Source: Nitrosomonadales bacterium (GTDB lineage: Bacteria; Pseudomonadota; Gammaproteobacteria; Burkholderiales; SG8-39). From it: 64,000 nucleotides of DNA. Shown here in pieces: positions 16,999-26,621 of the stretch. Each line of letters opens with the position of its first letter. Within the stretch, counting starts at the first letter, position 1. Made by a program: the position numbers and the translations under genes. The stretch lies in the NCBI GenBank assembly GCA_005240145.1, contig SBAS01000074.1, positions 1,712-65,711 on the forward strand. Reading direction: 5' to 3'. The notes under the pieces are model-generated. The model was not told where the DNA came from, did not search any database, and saw only the letters and a program-made list of their open reading frames with translations.

Positions 16999-17838
16999 TT
17001 ACTCGATCCTCGCCTTGGCGCGCAGATCGCGCACCATGGCCTGGATTTTCTGCTCCACCAGGCGCTGCTGGATCTGCTGCCGCACCTGGGCCGGGGCGGG
17101 GAAACTCACCGCGCGCACGTCGTCGAGCTGGATGACGTGGAAGCCGAAGCGGCTGCGCACCGGCGCGTCGGTCATCTTGCCTTTTTCCAGCTTCACCATC
17201 GCATCCGCAAACGCCTTGTCGAAATTGCCCGGCACGTTCCAGTCGAGGTCGCCGCCCTTGGGCCGCGAGCCTTCGTCGAGCGAGCGCTTCTGCGCGATTT
17301 CGTCGAACTTGGTGCCTTTTTTCAGGTCTGCCAGCACGCCCTTGGCGTCGTCCTCGGAAGCGACCAGGATGTGGCGCGCCCTGTACTCGCGGTCGCCCGT
17401 CGAAGCCTTGGCGCGCTCGTACTCCTTCATGACGTCGGCGTCGCCCACCGGATTGGCGCGCAGGTGCTCCGCGATCACCGAGTTGGCGATTATTTCGAGC
17501 CGGTTGAGGTCGATCTGCTGCTGCACCTCGGCCTTTTTCGCCAGGCCGCTGCGGTTGGCTTCCTGCACCAGCAATTCGTTGTTGATGAGCAGTTCGCGCA
17601 CCTGCCCACGCAGCTGGTCGCTGTCCTGCACGCCGCGAGCGGCCTGCAGGCGCACGAAGACGTCGGCGCGCTGGCGCGGAATCTGCACGCCGTTCACGGT
17701 GGCGATGGGGCCCGTGGCGGAGGGCTTCGCGGCTTCCTTCGCCGCGGGCTTGGCGGGTTCCTTGGTCGGCAACTGTGCGATCGCGTGGCCGCACCCCAAC
17801 AAGGGCAGCAGGGCGAAGGCGAAAATCCGTCGAGTCAT
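16999..17838 (-). CDS. periplasmic parvulin-type peptidyl-prolyl isomerase
   Basis: Signal peptide and a PpiC domain (RARHILV...GGDLDW...FGFHVIQ). Confidence 0.85.
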   Translation of the reverse strand: MTRRIFAFALLPLLGCGHAIAQLPTKEPAKPAAKEAAKPSATGPIATVNGVQIPRQRADVFVRLQAARGVQDSDQLRGQVRELLINNELLVQEANRSGLAKKAEVQQQIDLNRLEIIANSVIAEHLRANPVGDADVMKEYERAKASTGDREYRARHILVASEDDAKGVLADLKKGTKFDEIAQKRSLDEGSRPKGGDLDWNVPGNFDKAFADAMVKLEKGKMTDAPVRSRFGFHVIQLDDVRAVSFPAPAQVRQQIQQRLVEQKIQAMVRDLRAKARIE

Positions 17839-17865
17839 GCGATTCCTTTCGGCGTGAGGGCGTAA

Positions 17866-18138
17866 TTATCCGCCGAATTCATTCGGCGATTTTGCGCTGA
17901 TGGACAAGGCGTGGATCGGATGCCGCATCAGTTCTCCCAGAGCGTCGTAAACCATGCGATGCCGCGCCACCGTGGGCTTGCCCTCGAATGCGGCTGACAC
18001 GATCGTCAGCCGCCAGTGCGTGTTGCCGCCCGGCGTCGCGCCGGCGTGTCCCGCGTGCATGGCGCTCTCGTCGAGCAGTTCCAGGTGCGAAGGCGCGAGC
18101 GTATCGAGGCGCCTGCGGATGTCGTCCGCGACCGTCAC
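17866..18138 (-). CDS. bolA: BolA family protein
   Basis: ...ESAMHAGHAG...HWRLTIVSAAFEG...RHRMVYDAL. The GTG at 18138 overlaps the yciB stop (GTGA). The track ORF extending to 18642 is an artefact. Confidence 0.8.
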   Translation of the reverse strand: MTVADDIRRRLDTLAPSHLELLDESAMHAGHAGATPGGNTHWRLTIVSAAFEGKPTVARHRMVYDALGELMRHPIHALSISAKSPNEFGG

Positions 18139-18674
18139 GGCTTGCTTTCCTCCTCGACATGACGTGCGAGGAACAGCGCCTGGCCGACCACGAACAGCAG
18201 CATCAGCCCGGTACCGCCAATGAGCTTGAACTGCACCCAGGTCGGCTCCTCGAAATTGAAGGCGACGTACAGGTTGGCGCAGCCCATGAAGACGAAAAAG
18301 CCGACCCAGCTCCAGTTCAGGCGCGCCCAGACCGGCTCGGGCAGGCGGATTTCCTTTCCCAGCATCGAGCGAATCAGGTTCTTGCGAAACAGGGTTGCCG
18401 AGGCGGCCAGCGCGATGGCGAAGATCCAGTACAGCACCGTGGGCTTCCACATGATGAAGCGCTTGTCCTGCAGGAAAAGGGTGAGGCCGCCGAACACCAC
18501 GATCAGGCCAAGGCTGATCCAGAGCACGGGCTCGACACGGCGCCGGCGCAGTTTCAGCCAGGCGACCTGCGCGAAGGTGGCAACGATCGCGGCCACGGTG
18601 GCGGTGTAGATGTCGCTGACCCAGTAGACCGCGAAAAAGCACAGGACCGGGAAAAGGTCGAAGAGGAATTTCAT
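18135..18674 (-). CDS. yciB: intracellular septation protein A
   Basis: MKFLFDLFPVLCFFAVY... a multi-TM YciB/IspZ pattern. Confidence 0.85.
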   Translation of the reverse strand: MKFLFDLFPVLCFFAVYWVSDIYTATVAAIVATFAQVAWLKLRRRRVEPVLWISLGLIVVFGGLTLFLQDKRFIMWKPTVLYWIFAIALAASATLFRKNLIRSMLGKEIRLPEPVWARLNWSWVGFFVFMGCANLYVAFNFEEPTWVQFKLIGGTGLMLLFVVGQALFLARHVEEESKP

Positions 18675-18708
18675 GCCGGCGGTATTATTACTCAAGGGAG
18701 GGTTGCAG

Positions 18709-19101
18709 ATGACGATCGTACGCTTGATCGAGTATGCCGAAGCGCTGCCCGAAGTGAGGGTGGTCTACGACGAGATCATGCAGGCGCGGGGCACCGACTG
18801 GATCAACAATTTCTGGAAGGCGCTGGCGCACGATCCGGCGCTGCTCAGGCGCACCTGGGATGATGTCAGGCAGGTGATGGCGCCGGGCGCGCTCGATCCG
18901 CTGGTCAAGGAGATGCTCTACGTCGCGGTGAGCGCGACCAACGGTTGCGAATACTGCAGCTATTCGCACACCGCGGCGGGGCGCAAGAAGGGCATGAGCG
19001 AGGCGATGCTCATGGAGTTGATGGCGGTGGTCGGCCTCGCCAACCAGACCAACCGCCTGGCCAACGGGCTGCGTATCCCCGTCGATTCGCAGTTCAAATG
19101 A
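18709..19101 (+). CDS. carboxymuconolactone decarboxylase (AhpD-like) family protein
   Basis: CEYCSYSH motif. GGGAGG Shine-Dalgarno about 7 nt upstream of the ATG at 18709. Confidence 0.8.
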   Translation: MTIVRLIEYAEALPEVRVVYDEIMQARGTDWINNFWKALAHDPALLRRTWDDVRQVMAPGALDPLVKEMLYVAVSATNGCEYCSYSHTAAGRKKGMSEAMLMELMAVVGLANQTNRLANGLRIPVDSQFK

Positions 19102-19123
19102 CGGCAGGCGGGAGTATTATTCG

Positions 19124-19789
19124 ATGTGTCAGGAGGGGATGAACTTGCGCCATATGGGCTGGATGGTCGTATTGCTGATGATGGTGCTGACGGCGGCGCC
19201 GGCCGCGTATGCCCAGCAGCAGGAGGCGAAACCACCTGCTGCGGCCACCGAAGAATCGCTGCCGGAGCGTTTTTTCGGCGGCCTGCGTGACATCCTGCGC
19301 TCCATCTTCAACCCGGGCGAGTACTCGCTGCCGGCGCCGCAGGCGGCACCTCAGGCTGCGCAGCAGGAGGTGGCTCCGCGCATCGCCGCGTCGCCGAACG
19401 CCTCCGCAGTACCGCTCAGCCTGCACTCTGCGATCGCGAAGGGCGACTACGCCAACGCGCTGAAGATGATCGAGCTGGGCACCGATATCGAAGGCAAGGA
19501 CCCGGGCGCGGGCGCCTCGGCGCTGCACTACGCGGTGATGAAAGGCGAAATGCCGCTGGTCGGGCTGCTGGTGCAGCGAGGCGCCGACGTCAACAGCCGC
19601 ACCAAGAGCGGCACCACGCCGCTGCACACCGCGGTGCTCTACGGCCGCTTCGAGGTCGCCGAGTACCTGCTCGACAAGGGCTCGGAGGTGAACGCCAAGA
19701 GCGCGAGCGGCGCGACGCCGATGTCGCTCGCCACTGCGGCCGGTTACCAGCGCATCGCGAAGATGCTAAGGGCGCGCGGCGCGAACTAG
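19124..19789 (+). CDS. secreted ankyrin-repeat protein
   Basis: N-terminal signal-like segment, then at least 3 ANK repeats (ALHYAVMKGEMPLVGLLVQRGADVN, TPLHTAVLYGRFEVAEYLLDKGSEVN). Confidence 0.8.
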   Translation: MCQEGMNLRHMGWMVVLLMMVLTAAPAAYAQQQEAKPPAAATEESLPERFFGGLRDILRSIFNPGEYSLPAPQAAPQAAQQEVAPRIAASPNASAVPLSLHSAIAKGDYANALKMIELGTDIEGKDPGAGASALHYAVMKGEMPLVGLLVQRGADVNSRTKSGTTPLHTAVLYGRFEVAEYLLDKGSEVNAKSASGATPMSLATAAGYQRIAKMLRARGAN

Positions 19790-20370
19790 CGCGGCGCGGC
19801 CCGCGAGCGGTCCCACAGGTTGGGCACGCTCGTGTTGTGATACCCCGAGATGAATTCTTTCGGCGCGCCGCTGGCCGGGTCGAAGACGTGGCGGCGTACC
19901 GCGCCGATATTGCCGCCGTAGACGTGGATGCTGACTGCGGTTTCCGTCCCCGGGTTGGAGACGACGTGGATGTCGCCGATGCGCGGCGACACGCGGTCCA
20001 CTTCGCCGGGTTTCGACTCGTGGGAGTTGATTTTGGCAACCGAAGATGAGAATTCTTCACACAGCTCCACGCCGCGCATCACGCCCACCAGTCCCCAGAC
20101 CCTGTGATCGTGGATCGGCGTGCGGTGCCCGGGCATCCAGACGAAACTGACGACGGAAAAGCGCTCCAGCGGATCGCAGTACAGGAGGTACTGGCGGTAC
20201 GATTCCGGCGCAGGCGCGGCAAATTCCTCCGGCAGCCAGTCGTCGTGCGTCACGAGGGCGTGCAACAGTTTTTCGCCTTCAGCCAACATGCGCGGCTCGT
20301 CCGCGCCATGGCGCTCGACCAGGTGCGTGATGGCGACCACAAATTCACGCAGGCGTGCGATCTCGGCCAT
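19786..20370 (-). CDS. cysteine dioxygenase type I-like cupin (thiol dioxygenase family)
   Basis: PGHRTPIHDHRVWGLVGVMRGVE...IGDIHVV, a 3-His cupin pattern as in bacterial CDO/MDO homologues. Confidence 0.7.
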   Translation of the reverse strand: MAEIARLREFVVAITHLVERHGADEPRMLAEGEKLLHALVTHDDWLPEEFAAPAPESYRQYLLYCDPLERFSVVSFVWMPGHRTPIHDHRVWGLVGVMRGVELCEEFSSSVAKINSHESKPGEVDRVSPRIGDIHVVSNPGTETAVSIHVYGGNIGAVRRHVFDPASGAPKEFISGYHNTSVPNLWDRSRAAPR

Positions 20371-20808
20371 TCAGTCTCCCAGTGCGCGCGCTACCGCGGT
20401 GCAGGCCGCGATGCTGCGGGTGTGCGTATCGCGCATGTCGCCGAGTGTACTGCGGATGGCAGGGTCGTCGATGCGTGGCACGGCCAGGTTGAATTCCCGC
20501 ACCGCCCAGCCCAGGCCGCGCAGCAGGAATTCGATGCGCTGGCGGCGGCCTTCCACCGCGACCGCCTTGGCGTAGAACTCCCCGGTGGCGTGGCTGTAAT
20601 CCCGGCCGCGCCGCTTCAGCTGCTCGCCAAGCTGAGCGCAGTTGTGGGCTTCGGACTCGTGGACACGGCGCAAGGTCTTCCATGCGGACCCGTTCCTGGG
20701 AAAATCGCCGAGGAACACCACCAGCGCCCTGGCACCCGCCCGCTCAGCCTCGAGCATGCGGTTGAGGAAATCGTCCAACTCGGCGTCAGTGAAGCTTGGC
20801 GTACTCAT
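20371..20808 (-). CDS. helical, ferritin-like domain protein of unknown function
   Basis: About 145 aa (MSTPSFTDAELDDFLNRMLEAERAGARAL...ESEAHNCAQL...), a helix-rich, E/H-containing pattern. Abuts the CDO-like start and overlaps the boxB 3' end by 23 nt. Confidence 0.45.
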   Translation of the reverse strand: MSTPSFTDAELDDFLNRMLEAERAGARALVVFLGDFPRNGSAWKTLRRVHESEAHNCAQLGEQLKRRGRDYSHATGEFYAKAVAVEGRRQRIEFLLRGLGWAVREFNLAVPRIDDPAIRSTLGDMRDTHTRSIAACTAVARALGD

Positions 20809-22201
20809 ACTCCACCGGCAGATTGTTGATGCCGCGGTCGGGCGGTGCGACCCAGCCGGCGATCTTGCCGGGTTCCACGACCCGCTGCATGAGGGATTGG
20901 ACGAATGTCCGGTCGGCCGGCGACGGGATCCAGTCATTCAGGTTTTTTTCATAAGCATTTTTTTCAAGCAGCAAACCTTCAGGATTCACGCTTTGCCCGG
21001 CCCAGGTGCCGATCGAACGGCGAAAGCGCGTCGAGGGCAGCTTGAGCGCGAGGCCGGGATGTCCGGCGCGCTCGATGGTGCGGTTCCAGCGCCGCAGCCC
21101 GATTTCGCAGTCCTTGAGGTAGGACTCGCGCATGACTTCGTTGAGCGCATTCAGCATGGGGACTTCTTTTTCGCCTTCTGGAGTGAAAAGCTTGAAGGAT
21201 GAAGAACGAAGAACATGATCCTCATAGCTGGTCTCGTCCGGCCTGCCTTTAAGCCCATTGGCGAAATTCGCCGCCGAGTTGGAGGAGATCTCGTTGCCAA
21301 AGAGGTCGAGCGACGACGAGCACCAGAAATTGAGGTACTTCTGCAAGAGCGGCAAGTCCACGGCGCCGTGGGCACGGATGCGCGTCGAGTCGTCGGTGCC
21401 CAGCTCCTTCATCACTTCCAGCGTGCGCTTCACCACCCGCCCCAGGCCGGTTTCGCCGACGAACATGTGGTGCGCTTCCTCGGTGAGCATGAAGCGGCAG
21501 GTGCGCGAGAGCGGATCGAAGCCCGACTCGGCGAGGCTCTTCAACTGGTACTTGCCGTCGCGGTCGGTGAAGTACGTGAAGCAATAGAGCGACAGCCAGT
21601 CACTGATCGGCTCGTTGAAGGTGGAGAGGATGCGCGGTTTGTCGGCGTCGCCCGAATGGCGCGCGAGCAGTTCCTCGGCTTCCTCGCGGCCGTCGCGGCC
21701 GAAATAGGCGTGCAGCAGGTAGACCATGGCCCAGAGGTGGCGGCCTTCCTCGACGTTGATCTGGAAGAGGTTCCGCAGGTCGTAGAGGGAAGGGCAGCTG
21801 TGGCCGAGCAGGCGCTGCTGCTCGACGGATGCCGGCTCGGTGTCGCCCTGCGTCACGATGAGGCGGCGCAGGGTCGAGCGGTACTCGCCCGGCACCTGCT
21901 GCCAGACGGGCTGGCCCATGGCGTCGCCAAAGCCGATCTTTCGGTCGGCGACCGGGTCGGCGAGGAAGATGCCCCAACGGTACTCTGGCATCTTCACCGC
22001 GCCGTACTGCGCCCAGCCGTCGGCATCCACTGAAACCGCCGTGCGCAGGTAGACGTCGTAGCCCTGGAAGTCGGTCGGGCCCATGCCCTTCCACCAGTCG
22101 ATGAACTTCGGCTGCCAGTGCTCGAGCGCGCGCTGCAGCGTGCGGTCGGTCGCCAGGTTGACGTTGTTCGGGATCTTTTCCGAATAGTTAATTCCACTCA
22201 T
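20786..22201 (-). CDS. boxB: benzoyl-CoA 2,3-epoxidase, oxygenase component BoxB
   Basis: MSGINYSEKIPNNVNLATDRTLQRALEHWQPKFIDWW...VEEGRHLWAM...TEEAHHMF, diiron motifs characteristic of BoxB. The ATG at 22201 overlaps the boxC stop. Confidence 0.9.
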   Translation of the reverse strand: MSGINYSEKIPNNVNLATDRTLQRALEHWQPKFIDWWKGMGPTDFQGYDVYLRTAVSVDADGWAQYGAVKMPEYRWGIFLADPVADRKIGFGDAMGQPVWQQVPGEYRSTLRRLIVTQGDTEPASVEQQRLLGHSCPSLYDLRNLFQINVEEGRHLWAMVYLLHAYFGRDGREEAEELLARHSGDADKPRILSTFNEPISDWLSLYCFTYFTDRDGKYQLKSLAESGFDPLSRTCRFMLTEEAHHMFVGETGLGRVVKRTLEVMKELGTDDSTRIRAHGAVDLPLLQKYLNFWCSSSLDLFGNEISSNSAANFANGLKGRPDETSYEDHVLRSSSFKLFTPEGEKEVPMLNALNEVMRESYLKDCEIGLRRWNRTIERAGHPGLALKLPSTRFRRSIGTWAGQSVNPEGLLLEKNAYEKNLNDWIPSPADRTFVQSLMQRVVEPGKIAGWVAPPDRGINNLPVEYEYAKLH

Positions 22202-23772
22202 ACCCGCTCCCAGTTGAATTTCGCCTTCGATCCCGTGCCGTAGACCTTGAGCGCACCCTGCTCGCCGGTCGCGTTGGGCCGGATGAATATCCAGTTCTGC
22301 CACGCCGAAAGGCGCCCGAAGACGCGCGTCAGCATGTTCTCGCGGCCGCTGAAGCGCAACGAGGCCTCCATCCCGGTCAGCGCGTCGGGAGAAAGGGCGG
22401 CGCGCTCTTCAATTGCGATGCGCACTTCCTCCTCCCAGTCGATGTCGTCGGGCGCGGCGGTGATGAGACCGAATTGTTTGGCGGTCCTGGTATCGAAAAG
22501 CTTGTTTGATTCAAGTTCAGGAACTTCACCACAGTAGTGCGCCGAGATCCTCGATTCGCCGTTCACCATCGGGTAGCTGCCAAAGTTGAGCGGCGAAAGC
22601 GCGATCGCGGGGCCGTTCTCTTCCGCGTCGAGCATGTAGCTGCGGTCGGCGGCGTAGAGGAGTTCGGCGAGCGTGCCCGCAAAGCAGGAACCTGGCTCCA
22701 CCACCGCGAAGATCGAGCGCGAGGACACGTCCAGCCGGGCAAAAGTGCGGCGCAGGTAGCCGAGCGTCTCGCGCACGAACCAGTCTGTTGAATGGTTTTG
22801 CAATAAGAGATCCAGATCCAGAACATTTTGCGTATCGCCCTTCGTCTTCAGGATCCAGAGGCCGACGTCGAGGTGGTTGTGGCGCAGGTCGAGGATCGTC
22901 TGGTCCAGTTCGCGCGCGAGCTGGAGCGGATACCACTCCGCGCTCCTTTGCATTTGAATTTGATCCTTCGTGGGGCCTTTTACGGTGATTTCCGCGGTTC
23001 TTGCCTGGGCATTTACTTTCACCTCCACAAGCCGGGGTTTCAAAGGCGTCAAGGCAACGCCCTGGCCTCCGGGCCGGTCCGATTGCTTCGCCAGCTCCAG
23101 CGCGCGGTTCCTGACGAACTCGGCGAACTGCTGCGGCTTGGCGGCGTGGTCGACGAGGCGCCATTCCCTGGCCCGGTCGGCGCGCACGCCCTCGGCGGTG
23201 GTGCAGAAGACATCGGCCAGATCCCTTCGGACTTTTCTTTTATCCACGATTCTTGTCAATCCACCCGTCCCCGGCAAGACGCCCAGCAGCGGCACTTCGG
23301 GCAGACTCACGGTGCTGGAGCGATCGTCGATCATCGCGATTTCGTCGCAGGCGAGGGCGAGCTCGTAGCCGCCGCCGGCCGTGGTGCCGTTGAGCGCGGC
23401 GAGGAACTTCAGCCCGGAGTGCGCGCTGGAATCCTCCAGCCCGTTGCGCGTCTCGTTGGTGAACTTGCAGAAGTTCACTTTCCAGGCGTGGCTGGACAGG
23501 CCGAGCATGTAGATGTTGGCGCCCGAGCAGAACATGCGGCTCTTGCCGCTGGTCAGCACCACCGACTTCACCTCGGGATGTTCGAAGCGGATGCGATTCA
23601 CCGCGTCGTGCAGCTCGATGTCCACGCCCAGGTCGTAGGAATTGAGCTTGAGCTTGTAGCCCGGCGCGATGCCCTTGTCCTCGTCGATGTCGAGCGCGAG
23701 CGTGGCCACGGCGCCGTCGAACGACAGCTTCCAGTGGTGATATTGGTCGGGCTGGGTATCGAATCGGATCAT
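22198..23772 (-). CDS. boxC: 2,3-epoxybenzoyl-CoA dihydrolase BoxC (crotonase fold)
   Basis: MIRFDTQPDQYHHWKLSFDGAVATLALDIDED...FCSGANI, 524 aa. Confidence 0.9.
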   Translation of the reverse strand: MIRFDTQPDQYHHWKLSFDGAVATLALDIDEDKGIAPGYKLKLNSYDLGVDIELHDAVNRIRFEHPEVKSVVLTSGKSRMFCSGANIYMLGLSSHAWKVNFCKFTNETRNGLEDSSAHSGLKFLAALNGTTAGGGYELALACDEIAMIDDRSSTVSLPEVPLLGVLPGTGGLTRIVDKRKVRRDLADVFCTTAEGVRADRAREWRLVDHAAKPQQFAEFVRNRALELAKQSDRPGGQGVALTPLKPRLVEVKVNAQARTAEITVKGPTKDQIQMQRSAEWYPLQLARELDQTILDLRHNHLDVGLWILKTKGDTQNVLDLDLLLQNHSTDWFVRETLGYLRRTFARLDVSSRSIFAVVEPGSCFAGTLAELLYAADRSYMLDAEENGPAIALSPLNFGSYPMVNGESRISAHYCGEVPELESNKLFDTRTAKQFGLITAAPDDIDWEEEVRIAIEERAALSPDALTGMEASLRFSGRENMLTRVFGRLSAWQNWIFIRPNATGEQGALKVYGTGSKAKFNWERV

Positions 23773-24551
23773 GGTTTGACCTTGCTTTTCAGTTCTTCCA
23801 GCGTGGATTTGAGCGAGCGGCCGGAAGTCTCGATGCTCGCTTCGGCCTGCGAGTAGAGGCGGTCGCGGTCGGCCAGCAGCTTGCGGATTTCGTCCAGCGC
23901 AGCCGAGCGGCCCTGCATTTTTCTACCTTCAAATGGGCGCATGTCGCCCTGCGCAATGACGCGGTTCATGTGCTCTTCGGGCTTTGCCTTGAGCCAGATG
24001 CTGTGGCAGTTGTCGAGCAGCAGCCGGTAGGTGTCGGGATCGGTCACCAGGCTGCCGCCGGCGGCGATCACCGCAGACTCGTGCGTGCGTAAAACCCTCT
24101 CGAGCGCGCGGCGCTCGAAGCGGCGATAGGCTTCGTGGCCGTACAGGGCGAAGACTTCGCCCAGCTTCGCGCCGGCTTCCCGCTCGACTTCGCTGTCGAG
24201 CTCGACGAAAACAACGCCGAGGGCGGCGGCGAGCCTGGCACCCAGCGCGGACTTGCCCGCGCCGCGCAGGCCGAGGAGGGCAATGCGCTGTCGTGCCGTG
24301 TCCTGGTCCGGTGTCTCGCGGGCGAGGCTTTCCACCGACACATGCATCGCCTGCGCCAGCTTGCGCAACAGCAGCACGGAAATGTTTCCCTGGCCGGATT
24401 CGAGCTGCGCCAGGTAGCGCTCGGATACCCCTGAAGCGGCGGCAAGCGCCTTGCGCGTCACCTGCTGGCCGCTGCGCCAGGTGCGCACGCGCTGGCCGAG
24501 CTGGGCGAGGTAGGCGGATTCCTGCTGGGCCGGGGAGATGGGGGCGTTCAT
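23769..24551 (-). CDS. boxR: BoxR/BzdR-type regulator (XRE HTH + shikimate-kinase-like domain)
   Basis: HTH (TRKALAAASGVSERYLAQLESGQGNIS) followed by a P-loop (GLRGAGKSALG) and an SK-like domain. Confidence 0.8.
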   Translation of the reverse strand: MNAPISPAQQESAYLAQLGQRVRTWRSGQQVTRKALAAASGVSERYLAQLESGQGNISVLLLRKLAQAMHVSVESLARETPDQDTARQRIALLGLRGAGKSALGARLAAALGVVFVELDSEVEREAGAKLGEVFALYGHEAYRRFERRALERVLRTHESAVIAAGGSLVTDPDTYRLLLDNCHSIWLKAKPEEHMNRVIAQGDMRPFEGRKMQGRSAALDEIRKLLADRDRLYSQAEASIETSGRSLKSTLEELKSKVKP

Positions 24552-24553
24552 GA

Positions 24554-24592
24554 ATTATATTGCTTGACTGTGATTCTATGCTGCATTATATT
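24554..24592. promoter_or_regulatory. AT-rich boxR/flavodoxin divergent control region with direct repeat and sigma70-like hexamers
   Basis: TG[A/C]ATTATATT is repeated (ATTATATT at 24554-24561 and 24585-24592). TTGACT (24564-24569), 17 nt, then TATATT (24587-24592) on the plus strand. No function has been demonstrated. Confidence 0.3.
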
Positions 24593-24594
24593 AG

Positions 24595-25080
24595 ATGTCA
24601 ATGAAACTGCATCTCCTGGTCGGCACCATGACGGGGACCGCGCAACTCGTCGCCCAGGAGCTGGAACTGGCCTGGGCTGACGGCGAGCTCGAGGTCGAGA
24701 CCATGCTGATGGACAAGCTCGACAGCTCGGTCTTCGCGCGGGAGGGGATTTTCCTCATCGTCACCTCGACTTACGGCCAGGGCGACGTGCCTGACAACGC
24801 CAGGGCCCTGTACGAGGACCTGATCGCGAAGCGCCCGGATCTTTCGCGCCTGCGCTACGGCGTGTTCGGCCTGGGCGACCGCACCTACGCCGAGACCTTC
24901 AACTTCGGCGGCAGGCGTTTTGACGACATCCTCAACGAGCTGGGCGCGCAGCGCATCGGCGAGCGCGTGCAGCACGACGCCTCCTCCGGCGTGCTGCCCG
25001 AGGAAATGGCGGAAAAGTGGGGTGCGACCTGGCTCGCGCTGGCGAAGGAAAATCAGGGACAGTCCACGTTTTCCGTCTGA
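24595..25080 (+). CDS. stand-alone flavodoxin-like (FMN-binding) protein
   Basis: LLVGTMTGTAQLVA...IVTSTYGQGDVPDN...VFGLGDRTY, flavodoxin/CysJ-N-terminal-type motifs. The start could instead be the ATG at 24601. Confidence 0.75.
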   Translation: MSMKLHLLVGTMTGTAQLVAQELELAWADGELEVETMLMDKLDSSVFAREGIFLIVTSTYGQGDVPDNARALYEDLIAKRPDLSRLRYGVFGLGDRTYAETFNFGGRRFDDILNELGAQRIGERVQHDASSGVLPEEMAEKWGATWLALAKENQGQSTFSV

Positions 25081-25117
25081 TGGAAAACCTGGACTGTCCC
25101 TGACTACAATTGAGGCT

Positions 25118-26620
25118 ATGGATATCCCGCGCGACTACAACGCCGCTGAAGACCTGGTCGGCGGCAACCTGAAGGCCGGGCGGGCGAGCAAGGTCGCCTT
25201 CATCGACGACGCGGGCCAGTGCACCTTCGGCGAACTCGCCGAGCGTGTGAACCGCTTCGGCAACCACCTGCTGTCGCTGGGGCTGAGGATGGAAGACCGC
25301 ATCCTCATCGCGATGCATGATTCCATCGATTGGCCGGTGGCCTTCCTCGGTGCGATCAAGGCCGGCATCGTGCCGGTTGCCGTCAACACGCTGCTCACGC
25401 CGAAGGACTACGAATACATGCTCTCCGACAGCCGCGCCAAGGCGCTGCTGGTGTCGGCGCCCCTGAAGCCGCAGTTCGACCCCTTCGTTTCGAGGTTGCC
25501 GTTCCTGAAGCATGTGCTGGTTCCGCCTTTCGCTGATTTGATTTCAAAATCCAGTTCAGATCTGAAAACAGCACCCACGACCTGCGATGATCCCTGCTTA
25601 TGGCTCTATTCCTCGGGCTCGACCGGCATGCCCAAGGGCACGGTGCACGTCCACTCCAGCATGCGGCTCACCGCCGAACTCTATGCCAGGGGCGTGCTCG
25701 GGCTGAAGGAATCCGACGTCGTCTTTTCTGCGGCAAAGTTCTTCTTTGCCTACGGACTGGGCAATTCACTCTCGTTCCCACTCGCCTTAGGCTCGACCGC
25801 CGTGCTGATGGCCGAGCGGCCGACGCCGGATGCAGTATTCAAGCGCCTCACGGAGAGGAAGCCGACTGTCTTCTACGGCGTGCCGACGCTTTACGCCGGC
25901 ATGCTTGCGTCGCCCGCATTTCCGGATAAAGATGTTTTGAATTTGAAGACCTGCATTTCGGCTGGTGAAGCACTGCCGCCCCAGATCGCGAAGAGCTTCA
26001 AGGAAAGAACCGGCGTCGACATCCTCGATGGCATCGGCTCCACGGAAATGCTGCACATCTTCCTCTCCAACCGGCCGGGTGATTTCCGGCCCGGCACCAC
26101 CGGCAAGGCAGTCCCGGGTTACGAACTCAGGCTGGTGGACGAGAAGGGCGCCGACGTGAAGCAGGGAGATCTGGGCGAACTGCTGATCAAGGGCCCCACG
26201 GCGGCCAACCTGTACTGGAACAACCGCGGCAAGAGCCGCAACACCTTCGTCGGTGAATGGACTCGCAGCGGCGACAAGTACACGCTCGACGCGGACGGCT
26301 TCTACGCCTACGGCGGACGCACCGACGACATGCTCAAAGTCTCCGGCATCTGGGTCTCGCCTGCGGAAGTCGAGGCCGCGCTGGTGTCGCACGAAGCCGT
26401 GCTCGAAGCCGCCGTGGTGGGCAAGGAAGACGAGCAGAAGCTCGTGAAGCCAAAGGCTTTCGTCGTCCTCAAGCCCGGCAAGCAGGCCAGCGTCGATGAA
26501 CTGCAGACCTACGTCAAGTCGAAACTCGCGCCTTACAAGTATCCGCGCTGGATAGAATTCGCCAGCGAACTGCCCAAGACCGCCACCGGAAAAATCCAGC
26601 GATTCAAACTGAGAGTCTGA
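25118..26620 (+). CDS. bclA: benzoate-CoA ligase family (AMP-forming)
   Basis: WLYSSGSTGMPKG (AMP-binding motif I), GEWTRSGDKY, a C-terminal KTATGKIQRF, and box-cluster context. Confidence 0.85.
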   Translation: MDIPRDYNAAEDLVGGNLKAGRASKVAFIDDAGQCTFGELAERVNRFGNHLLSLGLRMEDRILIAMHDSIDWPVAFLGAIKAGIVPVAVNTLLTPKDYEYMLSDSRAKALLVSAPLKPQFDPFVSRLPFLKHVLVPPFADLISKSSSDLKTAPTTCDDPCLWLYSSGSTGMPKGTVHVHSSMRLTAELYARGVLGLKESDVVFSAAKFFFAYGLGNSLSFPLALGSTAVLMAERPTPDAVFKRLTERKPTVFYGVPTLYAGMLASPAFPDKDVLNLKTCISAGEALPPQIAKSFKERTGVDILDGIGSTEMLHIFLSNRPGDFRPGTTGKAVPGYELRLVDEKGADVKQGDLGELLIKGPTAANLYWNNRGKSRNTFVGEWTRSGDKYTLDADGFYAYGGRTDDMLKVSGIWVSPAEVEAALVSHEAVLEAAVVGKEDEQKLVKPKAFVVLKPGKQASVDELQTYVKSKLAPYKYPRWIEFASELPKTATGKIQRFKLRV

Positions 26621-26621
26621 C

